Source of the DNA: an uncultured bacterium
Lineage (GTDB): Bacteria > Actinomycetota > Acidimicrobiia > Spongiisociales > UBA5794
Length of the DNA: 64,000 nt
Reading direction: 5' to 3'
NCBI GenBank assembly: GCA_963801165.1
Contig: CAWDDT010000005.1
Coordinates: 512,001-576,000 of the forward strand
Positions 19,276 to 28,935 of the stretch are shown in pieces. How positions within the stretch are numbered: position 1 is the first letter of the stretch; each line of letters begins with the position of its first letter. Both the position numbers and the translations under genes were made by a program. Below the pieces are notes generated by a model. That model saw nothing but the letters and a program-made list of their open reading frames with translations, had not been told where the DNA came from and did no database searches.

Positions 19276-20208
19276 ATGACCAGACGGACGTTCATCGTAC
19301 GTGCGGCCGCAGCCGGCTTGGCGCTGCCGTCGCTGTCGATGCTGCTCGCCGCCTGTGGCGAAGACGGCGCTGGTGACACGGTTTCGCCGTTCAATGGTTC
19401 CTACAACATCGACGATGCCGACACCGGGACACTGGTCGAGGTGTCGGTCGCGGACGGTGTGCGCACCATCAAGTCGAACGGCTTGCCCAACCATCCGACG
19501 GGAGCGTTCCCCAATGCGGGTAACCCCAACACAATCAGCGCCCAGACGTACTCCTTCACGCTGCCGGCCAGCCCCATTCGCAGCGCGACCGCAGCGGCAT
19601 ACAACGTCCCGCAGCCGTTCGGGATCGCCGTCAACGGCGTGAAGATCGACCCTTTCGCCGCCGAGTGGTATGACAACGACGCCACTTCTGGGTGGCAACT
19701 GGCCGCCCTCGCCAACCCCCTCGGGTTCGATGGCAACAATGCCCACGTCCAGCCAAACGGGGCCTACCACTATCACGGTGTCGCCCCGGCCCTGATCACG
19801 GCCCAGAACAAACCGCTGCTCATCGGGTGGGCGGGTGATGGCTTCCCCATCTATGGCCCCTACGGCTACCAAGACCCGTCTGATCCGGGCTCTCCGGTCG
19901 TCGAGTTGCACAGCTCCTACCGGCTCAAGACGGGGGAGCGCCGGTCGGGGCCGGGTGGTGTTTTCGACGGCACCTATATCGAGGACTACGAGTATGTCGC
20001 CGACAGCGGCGACCTCGACGAGTGCAACGGGCGAGTCGGGATCACCCCGGAGCATCCCGAGGGAATCTATCACTACGTTGCGACAACGGAGTGGCCGAGC
20101 TACGGGCGTTGCTTCGCCGGCGAAATCGCCGACTCATTCCGGGTCGAACCTCCCGCGGGAGTCGGGCCTCGCGACGCCGGTCGTGGTCCGAGCCCTAGAA
20201 CGCCCTAG
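19276..20208 (+). CDS. YHYH-domain Tat-exported lipoprotein
   Basis: TRRTF Tat motif, LAAC lipobox, GAYHYHG, DGFPIYG, DLDECNGR, YHYV. Confidence 0.9.
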   Translation: MTRRTFIVRAAAAGLALPSLSMLLAACGEDGAGDTVSPFNGSYNIDDADTGTLVEVSVADGVRTIKSNGLPNHPTGAFPNAGNPNTISAQTYSFTLPASPIRSATAAAYNVPQPFGIAVNGVKIDPFAAEWYDNDATSGWQLAALANPLGFDGNNAHVQPNGAYHYHGVAPALITAQNKPLLIGWAGDGFPIYGPYGYQDPSDPGSPVVELHSSYRLKTGERRSGPGGVFDGTYIEDYEYVADSGDLDECNGRVGITPEHPEGIYHYVATTEWPSYGRCFAGEIADSFRVEPPAGVGPRDAGRGPSPRTP

Positions 20209-20345
20209 GAGGTGTTGCAACCGGGGAGGTTGTCCCCGGGTGTCTCCGGGTTCGCCGCCACACTCCGGTCCGGTCCACAATTCGGGCCGGATCCTCTCGT
20301 CGGGAGGCGACCCACACGGGGGTAATCATCTTCGATTCGGCGGGT

Positions 20346-20807
20346 TCAGTACTCGCCTTTGATCACGAAGAACGACCCGCGAATAGTGCCGGCGAGCTTG
20401 GACTTCTGCCGGGCGAACTTGAAACGCGACTCGAGCTCGTCAGGGACATCCATCCCCTCCGCCAACTTGAACCCGACGGCCCGTTTCCCTCCGTCCTCGA
20501 CCGTGTACATCACGTTGATCGACAGCCCGCTCTCGTAGAACACATACGCCATTCGGATGCCGGCGACCTCGAACATCGTTGCTTGCAAAGGAGGACAGGC
20601 GATGACGAGGTCACGTTCTTCCTTCAGGATCCGATGCACCCACTCGATCGCATCGGCCGCATCGCTCGCCGGCTCCACGGTGAACACGTGGTCGTATTTG
20701 TTCTTGAAGTATCGGGCTTCGTTGGCCCGCAGACCGGCGAGTGCGTCGACCACCGGCGACGACTCGAGACCTTCGGTCGAGACTTGCGTGAAGTCGACGA
20801 TCGGCAT
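20346..20807 (-). CDS. Conserved hypothetical protein
   Basis: ALAGLRANEARYFKNKY ... RAVGFKL ... FKFARQKSKLAG; GGGAGG RBS. Confidence 0.7.
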   Translation of the reverse strand: MPIVDFTQVSTEGLESSPVVDALAGLRANEARYFKNKYDHVFTVEPASDAADAIEWVHRILKEERDLVIACPPLQATMFEVAGIRMAYVFYESGLSINVMYTVEDGGKRAVGFKLAEGMDVPDELESRFKFARQKSKLAGTIRGSFFVIKGEY

Positions 20808-21012
20808 GAGGTTTCCTCCCATCGGGTTCGAAGTGATTTCTGGATTGAACCATACGTCGCGGCGGCAGCGACGGCTTCTCCATACCTGCTCGATCCTCGA
20901 GAGTGTCGCGGAGAAGGTCTCGGAAGTGTCGGTCGCCGAGAAGATCCGCGGCACTAGCTACCCAAGGCGTCGATCCGCCGACGCTGTACAATTCCTGCCA
21001 GGGGTTCTAGCC

Positions 21013-22725
21013 ATGCCGCATTCTCTTGGTTCGAGATCGATCCTGGTGGTCATCCTCGTTGCGCTCGCCACCGGGTGCCACGGGGGTGGCGACACGGCGA
21101 CGACGCCATCGAACGCGGCTACGACATCGCCGGTGTCGACAGGGCCCACCACCACGACAATGACCACGCTCGCCGCGACGCCGGCTGGCGGCGGAGTTGT
21201 AATCGGAAGTGTGCAGGAGTTGCCGACGCTGAACCCGCTCGCTCCTGGTGGCTCCAACGAGATCGTTGAGGCGGTAGCCAGCCTCTACGTCCCCGGCGCG
21301 TTTGACGTTGCCCCCGACCTGGAGCTCGTCCCCGACCTGGTTGAGGATATCCCGTCACTCGACAACGGGGATGTCGTGGTCGATCCCGACGGAGCGATGA
21401 GCGTCACCTGGCGAATCCGGCCCGAGGCCGTCTGGTCGGATGGGATGCCGATTTCGGGTGACGACTTCGCTTTCAGCCTCGACCTGGGTCGGGACCAGCC
21501 GGTCCCCGATGTGTTGTCGGTGGAACCGGGCGAGAAATCGATCACGGTCCGGTTTGCCGAACCGTCTCTGGTGTATGAGGGCCTGTTCCGGTGGGTCGTT
21601 CCCCGCCACGCGGTCGACGGCACCGACCTCGACCTCGATTGGAACACCAAGATGTGGCCTTCGGGCGGCCCGTTCGTCTTCGACGAGTGGGTCCCCGGTG
21701 AGAGGCTGCGTCTGGTGCGTAACGATCGATACTGGAAGACCGAAGAGACCACGGGTGCGGCTGGTCCGTTCCTCGATTCGGTCGAGATCAGGTTCGTTCC
21801 CAGCGAGACGGACCTGGCTGCTGCCATCGCTGCGGGCAACGTGGACGTCGCATCGTTCCGTTCTCCGGAAGGGATCACGGCGTTCCGCAACGTCGGCGAC
21901 ATGAGCCTCAACGTCGACACCTCACCCGGCACGGTGCTGGAGTCCCTGATGATCTCCTTTGGTGACGACAACCCGACCGGAGAGAGCTTGAACACGTCGC
22001 TCTCCTATCGCCGGGCGATCGCTGCTGCCCTCGACCGAGATTCACTGGCCGCCGCCTGGTATGGCGACGACAGCGTCCGACCCTCCGACAGCCTTGTCAC
22101 GGTCACCCCTGGTGACGGGCCGTGGTCCGCATACAGCTACGACCCGGCCGGAGCGAGCCGTCTCCTCACCGCGGCATGCGACGCCGCCCGGCGTGACTGT
22201 GTCTCCGACCCGCCGCACGTCCGGCTGCGGGTTCCCTGGAATGCCGGGCCCGAAGCCCGTCTCGCCGACGACGTGGTGACGATGCTCCAGAACGCCGGTT
22301 TCTCCGCCGAGGTCGAGGTCTTCACCACACAGGACATCGTCCCCTGGGACGTGCCGTGGGATCTTGGCATCTGGCTGGTAGAGACACAGCCCGGCGCCGA
22401 GGGCGTCGTCGCTTCATTTGGCCTATTTGACGCCGATGCCGCATCACCGTACCGATACGAGTATCGCTGGTCCGCCGGCTCCGAACCCGCCGCGTCCGAG
22501 TTCGAGACGATCCTCGAAGCGATGCACGCCACGACGGACCCGACCGCGATTCGCAATCTCGCTGCAGCGGCCCAGGGCCTGCTTGCGGCGCAGGTTGTGA
22601 CGATCCCGCTCGTCCGCAGATCGGTCGTCACCGCATTCACCAACGCGATCGGCGGATTCGTCCCGCACCCCGACCCATCCAATGCGTTCTGGTCGATCCC
22701 CGGCTGGTACCGCACCGACCTCTGA
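21013..22725 (+). CDS. Orphan family-5 ABC solute-binding lipoprotein
   Basis: ATGC lipobox, WSDGMPISGDDFAF, GGPFVF, RNDRYW, RRAIAAALDR; no permease nearby. Confidence 0.85.
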   Translation: MPHSLGSRSILVVILVALATGCHGGGDTATTPSNAATTSPVSTGPTTTTMTTLAATPAGGGVVIGSVQELPTLNPLAPGGSNEIVEAVASLYVPGAFDVAPDLELVPDLVEDIPSLDNGDVVVDPDGAMSVTWRIRPEAVWSDGMPISGDDFAFSLDLGRDQPVPDVLSVEPGEKSITVRFAEPSLVYEGLFRWVVPRHAVDGTDLDLDWNTKMWPSGGPFVFDEWVPGERLRLVRNDRYWKTEETTGAAGPFLDSVEIRFVPSETDLAAAIAAGNVDVASFRSPEGITAFRNVGDMSLNVDTSPGTVLESLMISFGDDNPTGESLNTSLSYRRAIAAALDRDSLAAAWYGDDSVRPSDSLVTVTPGDGPWSAYSYDPAGASRLLTAACDAARRDCVSDPPHVRLRVPWNAGPEARLADDVVTMLQNAGFSAEVEVFTTQDIVPWDVPWDLGIWLVETQPGAEGVVASFGLFDADAASPYRYEYRWSAGSEPAASEFETILEAMHATTDPTAIRNLAAAAQGLLAAQVVTIPLVRRSVVTAFTNAIGGFVPHPDPSNAFWSIPGWYRTDL

Positions 22726-22756
22726 ACGAGCGATCCGGCGATATGTCATCGTCTTG

Positions 22757-23209
22757 TTAGTCGCGGAAGAACACCACCGGTATCCCCTCCCACGAGTAGG
22801 GAGCCGCCGGGCACGGCAGGTCGGTGCCGAGGGTGACCCTGATCATGTAGCCGGTCGCCTCCTCGATCGTGTATTCGCCGTCCGTCGGGCCGGACCACAC
22901 CTGTCCGCCGCGGGGAACGACGTCCGTAGCGATGGCCCCGAACCTATCGACGAGGTCGTCACCGGTAGCGGCGAGAACCGTCTCGACACGCTGCTTGTCG
23001 GTCTGACCCTTCTTGGGCAGACCGTCCCCGATTGGTGAGCGGAGCATGTCGTCGGCACCGGGGCAATCGGTACGGACCATGACGTTGCCGGCGTTGGTGT
23101 AGGTCTCGAAGAGACTGCTGGCGCCGGGGGTGGTCGCCTTTGTGCACCCGGTCGTCCCGAGAACGACCACGAGAGCGATGGCAACGGGGGCGATCTTCCG
23201 CATTCCCAT
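22757..23209 (-). CDS. Hypothetical lipoprotein
   Basis: Signal peptide with TTGC lipobox. Confidence 0.65.
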   Translation of the reverse strand: MGMRKIAPVAIALVVVLGTTGCTKATTPGASSLFETYTNAGNVMVRTDCPGADDMLRSPIGDGLPKKGQTDKQRVETVLAATGDDLVDRFGAIATDVVPRGGQVWSGPTDGEYTIEEATGYMIRVTLGTDLPCPAAPYSWEGIPVVFFRD

Positions 23210-23342
23210 AGGCTCACCCCCTCATCGCCTGCTCGGTGATCAATTCGATTCTACCGGGAGAGAGAAGAAGCGGCGGGAGCGGAACCAGAGAGCGGCACCA
23301 CCCGGTGGGCGGCGCCGCTCCTGTTGCAGCCGTCGTGGTCGA

Positions 23343-23597
23343 CTACTTGGTCGGTAGCGCAGGCCCTGCCTCACCCCGGAAGTACGCCCACTCGTCGACT
23401 TCGCTGCCATCCGAGAAGACACAGATTCCGATCTGGCCGCCGCTCGCATCGGTCCGGATGTCGACCGTGCCTCCTTGTTCCTCGCAGTAGACGGATGCCG
23501 GATTGGGCACCCCCGACTGCTCTTCTTTGTCACCACTACCGCCGCATCCTGAGATCATCAGGACAACGGCGACTGCTATTCCGACAGCACGCTTCAT
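23343..23597 (-). CDS. DUF333 (putative hemolysin) lipoprotein
   Basis: ISGC lipobox; NPASVYCEEQGG ... GICVFSDGSEVDEWAYFR. Confidence 0.85.
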   Translation of the reverse strand: MKRAVGIAVAVVLMISGCGGSGDKEEQSGVPNPASVYCEEQGGTVDIRTDASGGQIGICVFSDGSEVDEWAYFRGEAGPALPTK

Positions 23598-23869
23598 GTT
23601 GCCCTCCTCGGGTTGCTGGGCTTGCGATGCGGTGGTCCGGGGTGCCGGTGTCTCCGCCGTCATCCCCGCTTTGTCACTCGTCGGCAGGCCCAGGTTGTAC
23701 CGACTCTTACGCCTATCTATTACGCCGATTCGACGCTCCGAGATGGTGCCGGGGTTCCGCAGAATGCCGAGATATCAGCCAGCAGCTGCATTGATCACGG
23801 GCGGTCCGAATGGCATCTTGTTGGTCGCCCGGCGTTACTGTTCAGTCGACTCGGCACGAAGGGGGCGAG

Positions 23870-24700
23870 ATGCGATTGTTGGTGGTGGCGATCCTCATCG
23901 CGGTAGTGAGCTCGTGCTCCGATTCCGGCACCGTCGAATCGGTGGATTCGCCGCAGGGTACGGCGTTCGGAATCCCGCAAGGTATCGAGCCGGCAGCCGT
24001 TGACATGGCGACCAAGATCATTGCGCAGCGTCTCGACGCCGCAGAGATCACGGGCTACCGGATCGACGTCGCCGACTCGGCACTGTGGATCGCGGTCCCG
24101 GAAGACACACTTCCGATCGTCCTCGAGATGGCAGTTGCCGATGGGGTTGTCTCGCTTCGGCCGGTGCTGGAGGTCCTCCTCGAGAGTCCGTTTGTCTCCG
24201 ATCCCGAAGGGGCAATTCCCGACGGGGTGGACCCGAGTACCGGTCTGACCATCGACGACGACACATCGAGCGAGAGCTACCTACAGGATGAGAGCAAGGT
24301 GGTGTATCACGTGGGATCGGCATTCGTGGCCGGCTCAGACATAACCGGCGCATCGGTCGACCACAGTCTCAACCTGTGGCTAGTCAAGCCCGAGTTCAGC
24401 GAAAGCGCAGCAGCGGCCTTTCTCGAGGCGACGAAGGCGGCCGCAACCTACCCGTTCGATGACCCACGCCGCCGGATTGCAGTGGTGGTGGATGGGGTCG
24501 TGGTATCGGCACCCGCAATGGCGCGAGAAGTCGACCCGACCGCAGGCGTCGATCCCGCAGACATGGCCATCACATTCGGACCTGAAGATCAAGACGCTCT
24601 GAGGGCGCGAGTGGTGGCGGCCTATCTCAGCGCAGGGGCACTCCCGTTCCGCCTGACGAGGCCCGGCGACCCGGCCCTCGAGGGCGCGACGAATAGCTGA
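23870..24700 (+). CDS. Lipoprotein with SecD/SecDF P1-head-like domain
   Basis: VSSC lipobox; IIAQRLD, LRPVL, GSDITGA, RIAVVVDGVVVSAP, AGALP; no SecD TM domain. Confidence 0.75.
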   Translation: MRLLVVAILIAVVSSCSDSGTVESVDSPQGTAFGIPQGIEPAAVDMATKIIAQRLDAAEITGYRIDVADSALWIAVPEDTLPIVLEMAVADGVVSLRPVLEVLLESPFVSDPEGAIPDGVDPSTGLTIDDDTSSESYLQDESKVVYHVGSAFVAGSDITGASVDHSLNLWLVKPEFSESAAAAFLEATKAAATYPFDDPRRRIAVVVDGVVVSAPAMAREVDPTAGVDPADMAITFGPEDQDALRARVVAAYLSAGALPFRLTRPGDPALEGATNS

Positions 24701-24826
24701 GACGCGGGCCCATCGATCAAGTCCCGGTGACGGTGGCGCGGGATTCGAGGCCGCCATTGCGGCGGTGTATGTGACGGCCTGATCGAACGAAAAGCAACCG
24801 CTCGGGACCGGCGCGATGGCGAGCGG

Positions 24827-25510
24827 CTATGGCTGACTCTCAGGAGTGAGGTCTTTGTCCTCCATCTCCCAAGCGTGGTCCATCGTGTGATAGCCGCTGT
24901 GCCGAATCAGGTAGCGGAGAGGCCAGGTGCGAGCCATCTTCTCTTCGGCGTGGAATTGTCGGATAGCGTCGAGATAGTCAACCCGGTGTTCGGCCAGGCC
25001 ATCCTCGCTGAACACGGGTTCCTTAGGCAGCTTGGGCAATCCCAGCTTCCGACCCCAGTGCATTTCCTCGAAGACCACGTGGCGCACAATATGGTCGCGG
25101 TCCCGGCCGCCGCCCCGCGGCCCCTTCTTGAGTTCCGCAGAAACCCGGCGACGAACGTCGTCGAAGTACGCCCAGCAACCCGCCAGCAGAGAGAGTTCAC
25201 GCTCGAGGTCGTCCTTCGTCACCGGCGCCGCGTCGTAGGCGGAGAATGCGAACGAGATGCCCCAGAAGTCTGTCGAGCCTGAGCCGTCGTATCGTTCGAC
25301 GATATCGAGGTCGGCCGAGATGTCGAACCCGGACTCGAGACCGGCGTTCTTGGCCACCGCGGCGTAGCGGGGGAGGTACGCGTCGAGATGCTCGACGGCG
25401 ACCTCCTCAGTCTTGCCTCCGCGCTCGAGCCCCGGCCAGTCCAGTGCCCAGACGGCAAACTTCCTGCCTTTCGGCCCGAACTCGACCGCGATTCGGATGG
25501 GCTCTGCCAT
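24827..25510 (-). CDS. Hypothetical protein (HicB-like N-terminus, DinB-like C-terminus)
   Basis: WALDWPG...GKTEE; RDHIVRHV..E; H..DHAWEMED. Confidence 0.6.
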   Translation of the reverse strand: MAEPIRIAVEFGPKGRKFAVWALDWPGLERGGKTEEVAVEHLDAYLPRYAAVAKNAGLESGFDISADLDIVERYDGSGSTDFWGISFAFSAYDAAPVTKDDLERELSLLAGCWAYFDDVRRRVSAELKKGPRGGGRDRDHIVRHVVFEEMHWGRKLGLPKLPKEPVFSEDGLAEHRVDYLDAIRQFHAEEKMARTWPLRYLIRHSGYHTMDHAWEMEDKDLTPESQP

Positions 25511-25651
25511 TGTCGCGTTCTCCCCGTGTCGCGGACGGCTCGGATGGTGTTGAGGGCCAGGTGATCAGGCCCGGAGGGATACACGCCGGGTCGTCGTCCG
25601 GGCCCACATTTCCACAAACCGTACCACGACCATGGGCCTGCTAACTCGTCA

Positions 25652-25674
25652 GTGCGCCCAGCTGGATTCGAACC
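25652..25674 (-). repeat. Degenerate att remnant (tRNA-Ile 3' end copy no. 3)
   Basis: GTGCGCCCAGCTGGATTCGAACC, 21/23 identical to 50720-50742. Confidence 0.75.
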
Positions 25675-25760
25675 CTCGCCCCATTCGGGAGGATGCGGGT
25701 ATGTCAGCGTTGGGCGGCGGTGTGGCGCAGGTGGTGAGCCTGTGAAAACGGCGTCCAGGC

Positions 25761-25934
25761 CAACTCACCTGTAAGAAAGTGGGCCTCCGGGTAGGCATGT
25801 CCAGCCCTGAGACTTCCCGGCGGCGGTACATCTCGGTGCGAACCGTCGACAACCATCTCCGATCCGTTTACAGAAATCTCGACGTAGGAGGACAGGAGGA
25901 ACTGAGCGAGGTGCTGGCACCCGTCCTCGGTTGA
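25761..25934 (+). pseudogene. LuxR-type HTH C-terminal remnant
   Basis: Manual translation QLT...GMSSPETSRRRYISVRTVDNHLRSVYRNLDVGGQEELSEVL*; the rest of the regulator is missing. Confidence 0.75.
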
Positions 25935-26033
25935 GTAGTCGATTGGCGGAATTGAGTAATCCGATCCACCGGTTCAAGCGGTAATTTCCTGTGAGCCCAA
26001 TTCAGTGGCGCCTACGAATTGTTGAGGAGTGCG

Positions 26034-26645
26034 ATGAAATACAGATGGGCACTCGCCCTGGCTATGGCATTCCTCCTTCTCACGGCCTGCACCGGTTCGG
26101 GTGACACAGGCCCGGGCTCGACAGACGCGAACGCTGACGACACCACCACGTCGAGCCCGGCATCGGGCTCCTCGGTCGCCAATGACGGCGACTCGGCGAC
26201 GACGGCCTCGACGGTGGACGAAAGTAAGCACTCGGGAGGCGAAGTCGGCACAAACCGCGCCACGGTCACCCTCGATGGCGATACTTACCTCTTCCAGTTG
26301 GACGAAGGCGGCACCTGTGACCCGGACTGGCTTGGCACCGGGGGGTTGCGAGCCCTCCTGACCATGGTGGACGAGAACGGAGACTCGGTCGCGTTCGAAG
26401 AAGATTCGAGTATCACGCAAGGGGTGGACATGTTCCTGGCTGACCCCGGTGAGGGTGTCCCTCTTTCAGAGATCAGCATCTTTTTGGAGCCCGCCTGGTG
26501 GGCCAATCCGGACGCCGTCGAGGGGAGCAGCGTCGACTCCCTCACTCTCGATGGCGGTCACGCCGAGGGCACCGCCATATTCATGACCGAGACCGGTGAA
26601 GGCCCGGTGCCTGGGACCTTCGAGGTGAATTGCGCCACCCAATAG
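26034..26645 (+). CDS. Hypothetical lipoprotein
   Basis: LTAC lipobox, Ser/Thr linker, beta-rich domain ending GTFEVNC. Confidence 0.75.
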   Translation: MKYRWALALAMAFLLLTACTGSGDTGPGSTDANADDTTTSSPASGSSVANDGDSATTASTVDESKHSGGEVGTNRATVTLDGDTYLFQLDEGGTCDPDWLGTGGLRALLTMVDENGDSVAFEEDSSITQGVDMFLADPGEGVPLSEISIFLEPAWWANPDAVEGSSVDSLTLDGGHAEGTAIFMTETGEGPVPGTFEVNCATQ

Positions 26646-26803
26646 GAGGGTGGCCTGAGATTTCGAGGTCCGGCTATGAGTAGCCGGAGCCATGTGAATG
26701 AGTAGACGAGATCGCGTCAGATTCCCGTACTTTGCGGGCCGGGACTTGGCGACGGGAGCGCGTCGGTCCTGAGACACAGACCTTCCCGATCTGGAGGAAA
26801 GAT

Positions 26804-28636
26804 ATGAGACGTTTGGTCAAGGCTCTGGCGACGATCGGGATAGTGCTCGGCATGGTCACTCCGGCTAGCGCCGCAACTCAGTCTGTCACCAGGGTCAGCG
26901 AGTCGGCCGATGGAACCTTGACCGGAGGCGGGTCGGTCGGTCCCGGGAATCGGATGGCGGTCTCCGACGATGGCCGGTACGTCGCCTTCGAGTCTTCATC
27001 TGCACTGGATTCCGGCGACACCAACAGTGTCGACGATGTCTATCTCAAGGATATGCAGACCGCGGAGCTGACCAGAGTGAGCGTCTCGTCTGGCGGGGCA
27101 TTGGCCAACGGGAGCAGCGGCACCGACACCATCGACATCTCCAATGACGGGCGCTATGTCCTCTTCAATTCCAACGCCTCCAATCTCGTCACCGGAGACA
27201 CCAACTCCGATGAAGACATGTTCATCTACGATCGTCAGACCGGAAACACCGAGAGGATCCTTCGCAGCGACGGGCTCGAGAGTGCCGGCTTTGCCCGCGA
27301 AGGCTCGCTGTCGGGCAATGGGAGCTACGTTGCGTTTTCCGGCAGAGGTTACGACGGTGCATCAGGGTCGAGCTCGCCGGGGACCTTCGTGTGGGATCGC
27401 GTCGCCAAGACGACGGAGCGTCTCACCGACGGGTCCAACTTCACCGGCTCCACCGAGGCGCAGTTTGCTGCGATCTCGGACGACGGTCGCTATGTGGCGT
27501 TCGTCACGAGCGAATTCAACAGCAATAACGATGTGATCCTGTTCGATCGCAACAGCGACACCTGGGAGGTGGCCAACCCCCGCATCGGAGGAGAGGCCCC
27601 CCAGGACAGGCAGGTAGGGGTCTCGATATCGGGAAACGGCAGATTCGTTGCCTTTGGCGCCGTTTCCACGAACTACGTGGCTGGAGACGCGCCGAATACC
27701 AACGACGTGTTTGTGTACGACTCCAACACCGATTCATTGGAGCGGATACCAGGCGAAGGAGTCGGAGGCAACCGAACCTATCCGGTGCTCTCCGATGATG
27801 GCCGTTATGTCACATTCGCCGACTGGACCGACGTCTATGGGGCGGCCAACGGTCGGGTCGATGTGGTTTTGTACGACCGTCAAACTGACGACGCCGAGAT
27901 CATGTCGCTCAACAGCGATGGTTCCCCGGCTGATCGCTCCAGCGGACACCTCAGCAAGGACGCCATGAGCGGCGATGCTCGATTCGTTGCTTTCTCGTCT
28001 CAGTGGGACTTCTATGACGAGTCACCGTCGGACACCAACGTCTGGCTCACCGACCGGGAGGGCCTCACTGCTCGCCCCGGTGAGTGCACTGACGGTTTCA
28101 CGGATGTGGACGGCGGCAACGTGTTCGCGGCGGACATCTGCTGGTTGGCCAACCAGGGAATCACCAAGGGATGCAACCCGCCGGCCAACACCGAGTTCTG
28201 TCCCAAGGATGAGGTGACGAGGGGTCAGATGGCGGCGTTTTTGGTGCGTGCCCTGGGCTACACCGACAACGGTGGAGGCAACCTGTTCATCGACGACGAC
28301 GGTTCGGTGTTCGAAGGTGACATCGACCGTCTCGGAACGGCGGGAGTGACCAAGGGATGCAACCCGCCCACAAACGACCGGTTCTGTCCCAACGACAACG
28401 TGACCAGGGGTCAGATGGCGGCGTTTTTGGTGCGTGCCCTGGGCTACACCGACAACGGTGGAGGCAACCTGTTCATCGACGACGACGGTTCGGTGTTCGA
28501 AGGTGACATCGACCGTCTCGGAACGGCGGGAGTGACCAAGGGATGCAACCCGCCCACAAACGACCGGTTCTGTCCCAACGACTTCGTCACCCGTGAACAG
28601 ATGGCCGCCTTCCTGAGACGAGCCCTGGACAAATAG
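26804..28636 (+). CDS. Secreted TolB/PD40-like beta-propeller protein with three SLH-like repeats
   Basis: Repeated SDDGRYVAF and DTN..DVY motifs; 3x GCNPP...FCP..VTR.QMAAFL. Confidence 0.88.
   Translation: MRRLVKALATIGIVLGMVTPASAATQSVTRVSESADGTLTGGGSVGPGNRMAVSDDGRYVAFESSSALDSGDTNSVDDVYLKDMQTAELTRVSVSSGGALANGSSGTDTIDISNDGRYVLFNSNASNLVTGDTNSDEDMFIYDRQTGNTERILRSDGLESAGFAREGSLSGNGSYVAFSGRGYDGASGSSSPGTFVWDRVAKTTERLTDGSNFTGSTEAQFAAISDDGRYVAFVTSEFNSNNDVILFDRNSDTWEVANPRIGGEAPQDRQVGVSISGNGRFVAFGAVSTNYVAGDAPNTNDVFVYDSNTDSLERIPGEGVGGNRTYPVLSDDGRYVTFADWTDVYGAANGRVDVVLYDRQTDDAEIMSLNSDGSPADRSSGHLSKDAMSGDARFVAFSSQWDFYDESPSDTNVWLTDREGLTARPGECTDGFTDVDGGNVFAADICWLANQGITKGCNPPANTEFCPKDEVTRGQMAAFLVRALGYTDNGGGNLFIDDDGSVFEGDIDRLGTAGVTKGCNPPTNDRFCPNDNVTRGQMAAFLVRALGYTDNGGGNLFIDDDGSVFEGDIDRLGTAGVTKGCNPPTNDRFCPNDFVTREQMAAFLRRALDK
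28220..28582 (+). repeat. Exact 177-bp duplication (period 186 bp) of SLH-repeat coding sequence
   Basis: 28220-28396 identical to 28406-28582. Confidence 0.9.
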
Positions 28637-28643
28637 CACGTAC

Positions 28644-28668
28644 GGTGGGCCCAGCTGGATTTGAACCA
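28644..28668 (-). repeat. att remnant (tRNA-Ile 3' end copy no. 2)
   Basis: GGTGGGCCCAGCTGGATTTGAACCA, identical to 50719-50743. Confidence 0.85.
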
Positions 28669-28935
28669 ACGGCAGAGCCTCTATGGAGATGCCGCCGTCG
28701 CGGTTCGCCCGGTTCAGGACGAGTGCAATCGTCCTGCATGCCCCGAGCGCATAGCGTTCGCCCAGAGGAACTTCATCCACGACCTGGAACAACGGAAGGA
28801 AAATCTCACATGCTTGTTCAATAGACTCTCGCGCTCTGCCCAGTTGTTAACTTGGTCGGTCCCGCGTGAGTTGCGAAAGCTGTCGAGGGGCGACCGAGGG
28901 AGCGGCTCCAGAGATGTGCATGCTCCTCATGCCAG

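Noticed and set aside
20346-20807. Phage structural gene
   Set aside because: No phage context and no recognisable structural motif
24730-24752. A fourth tRNA-derived att remnant (GGTGGCGCGGGATTCGAGG)
   Set aside because: Too short and divergent to distinguish from chance
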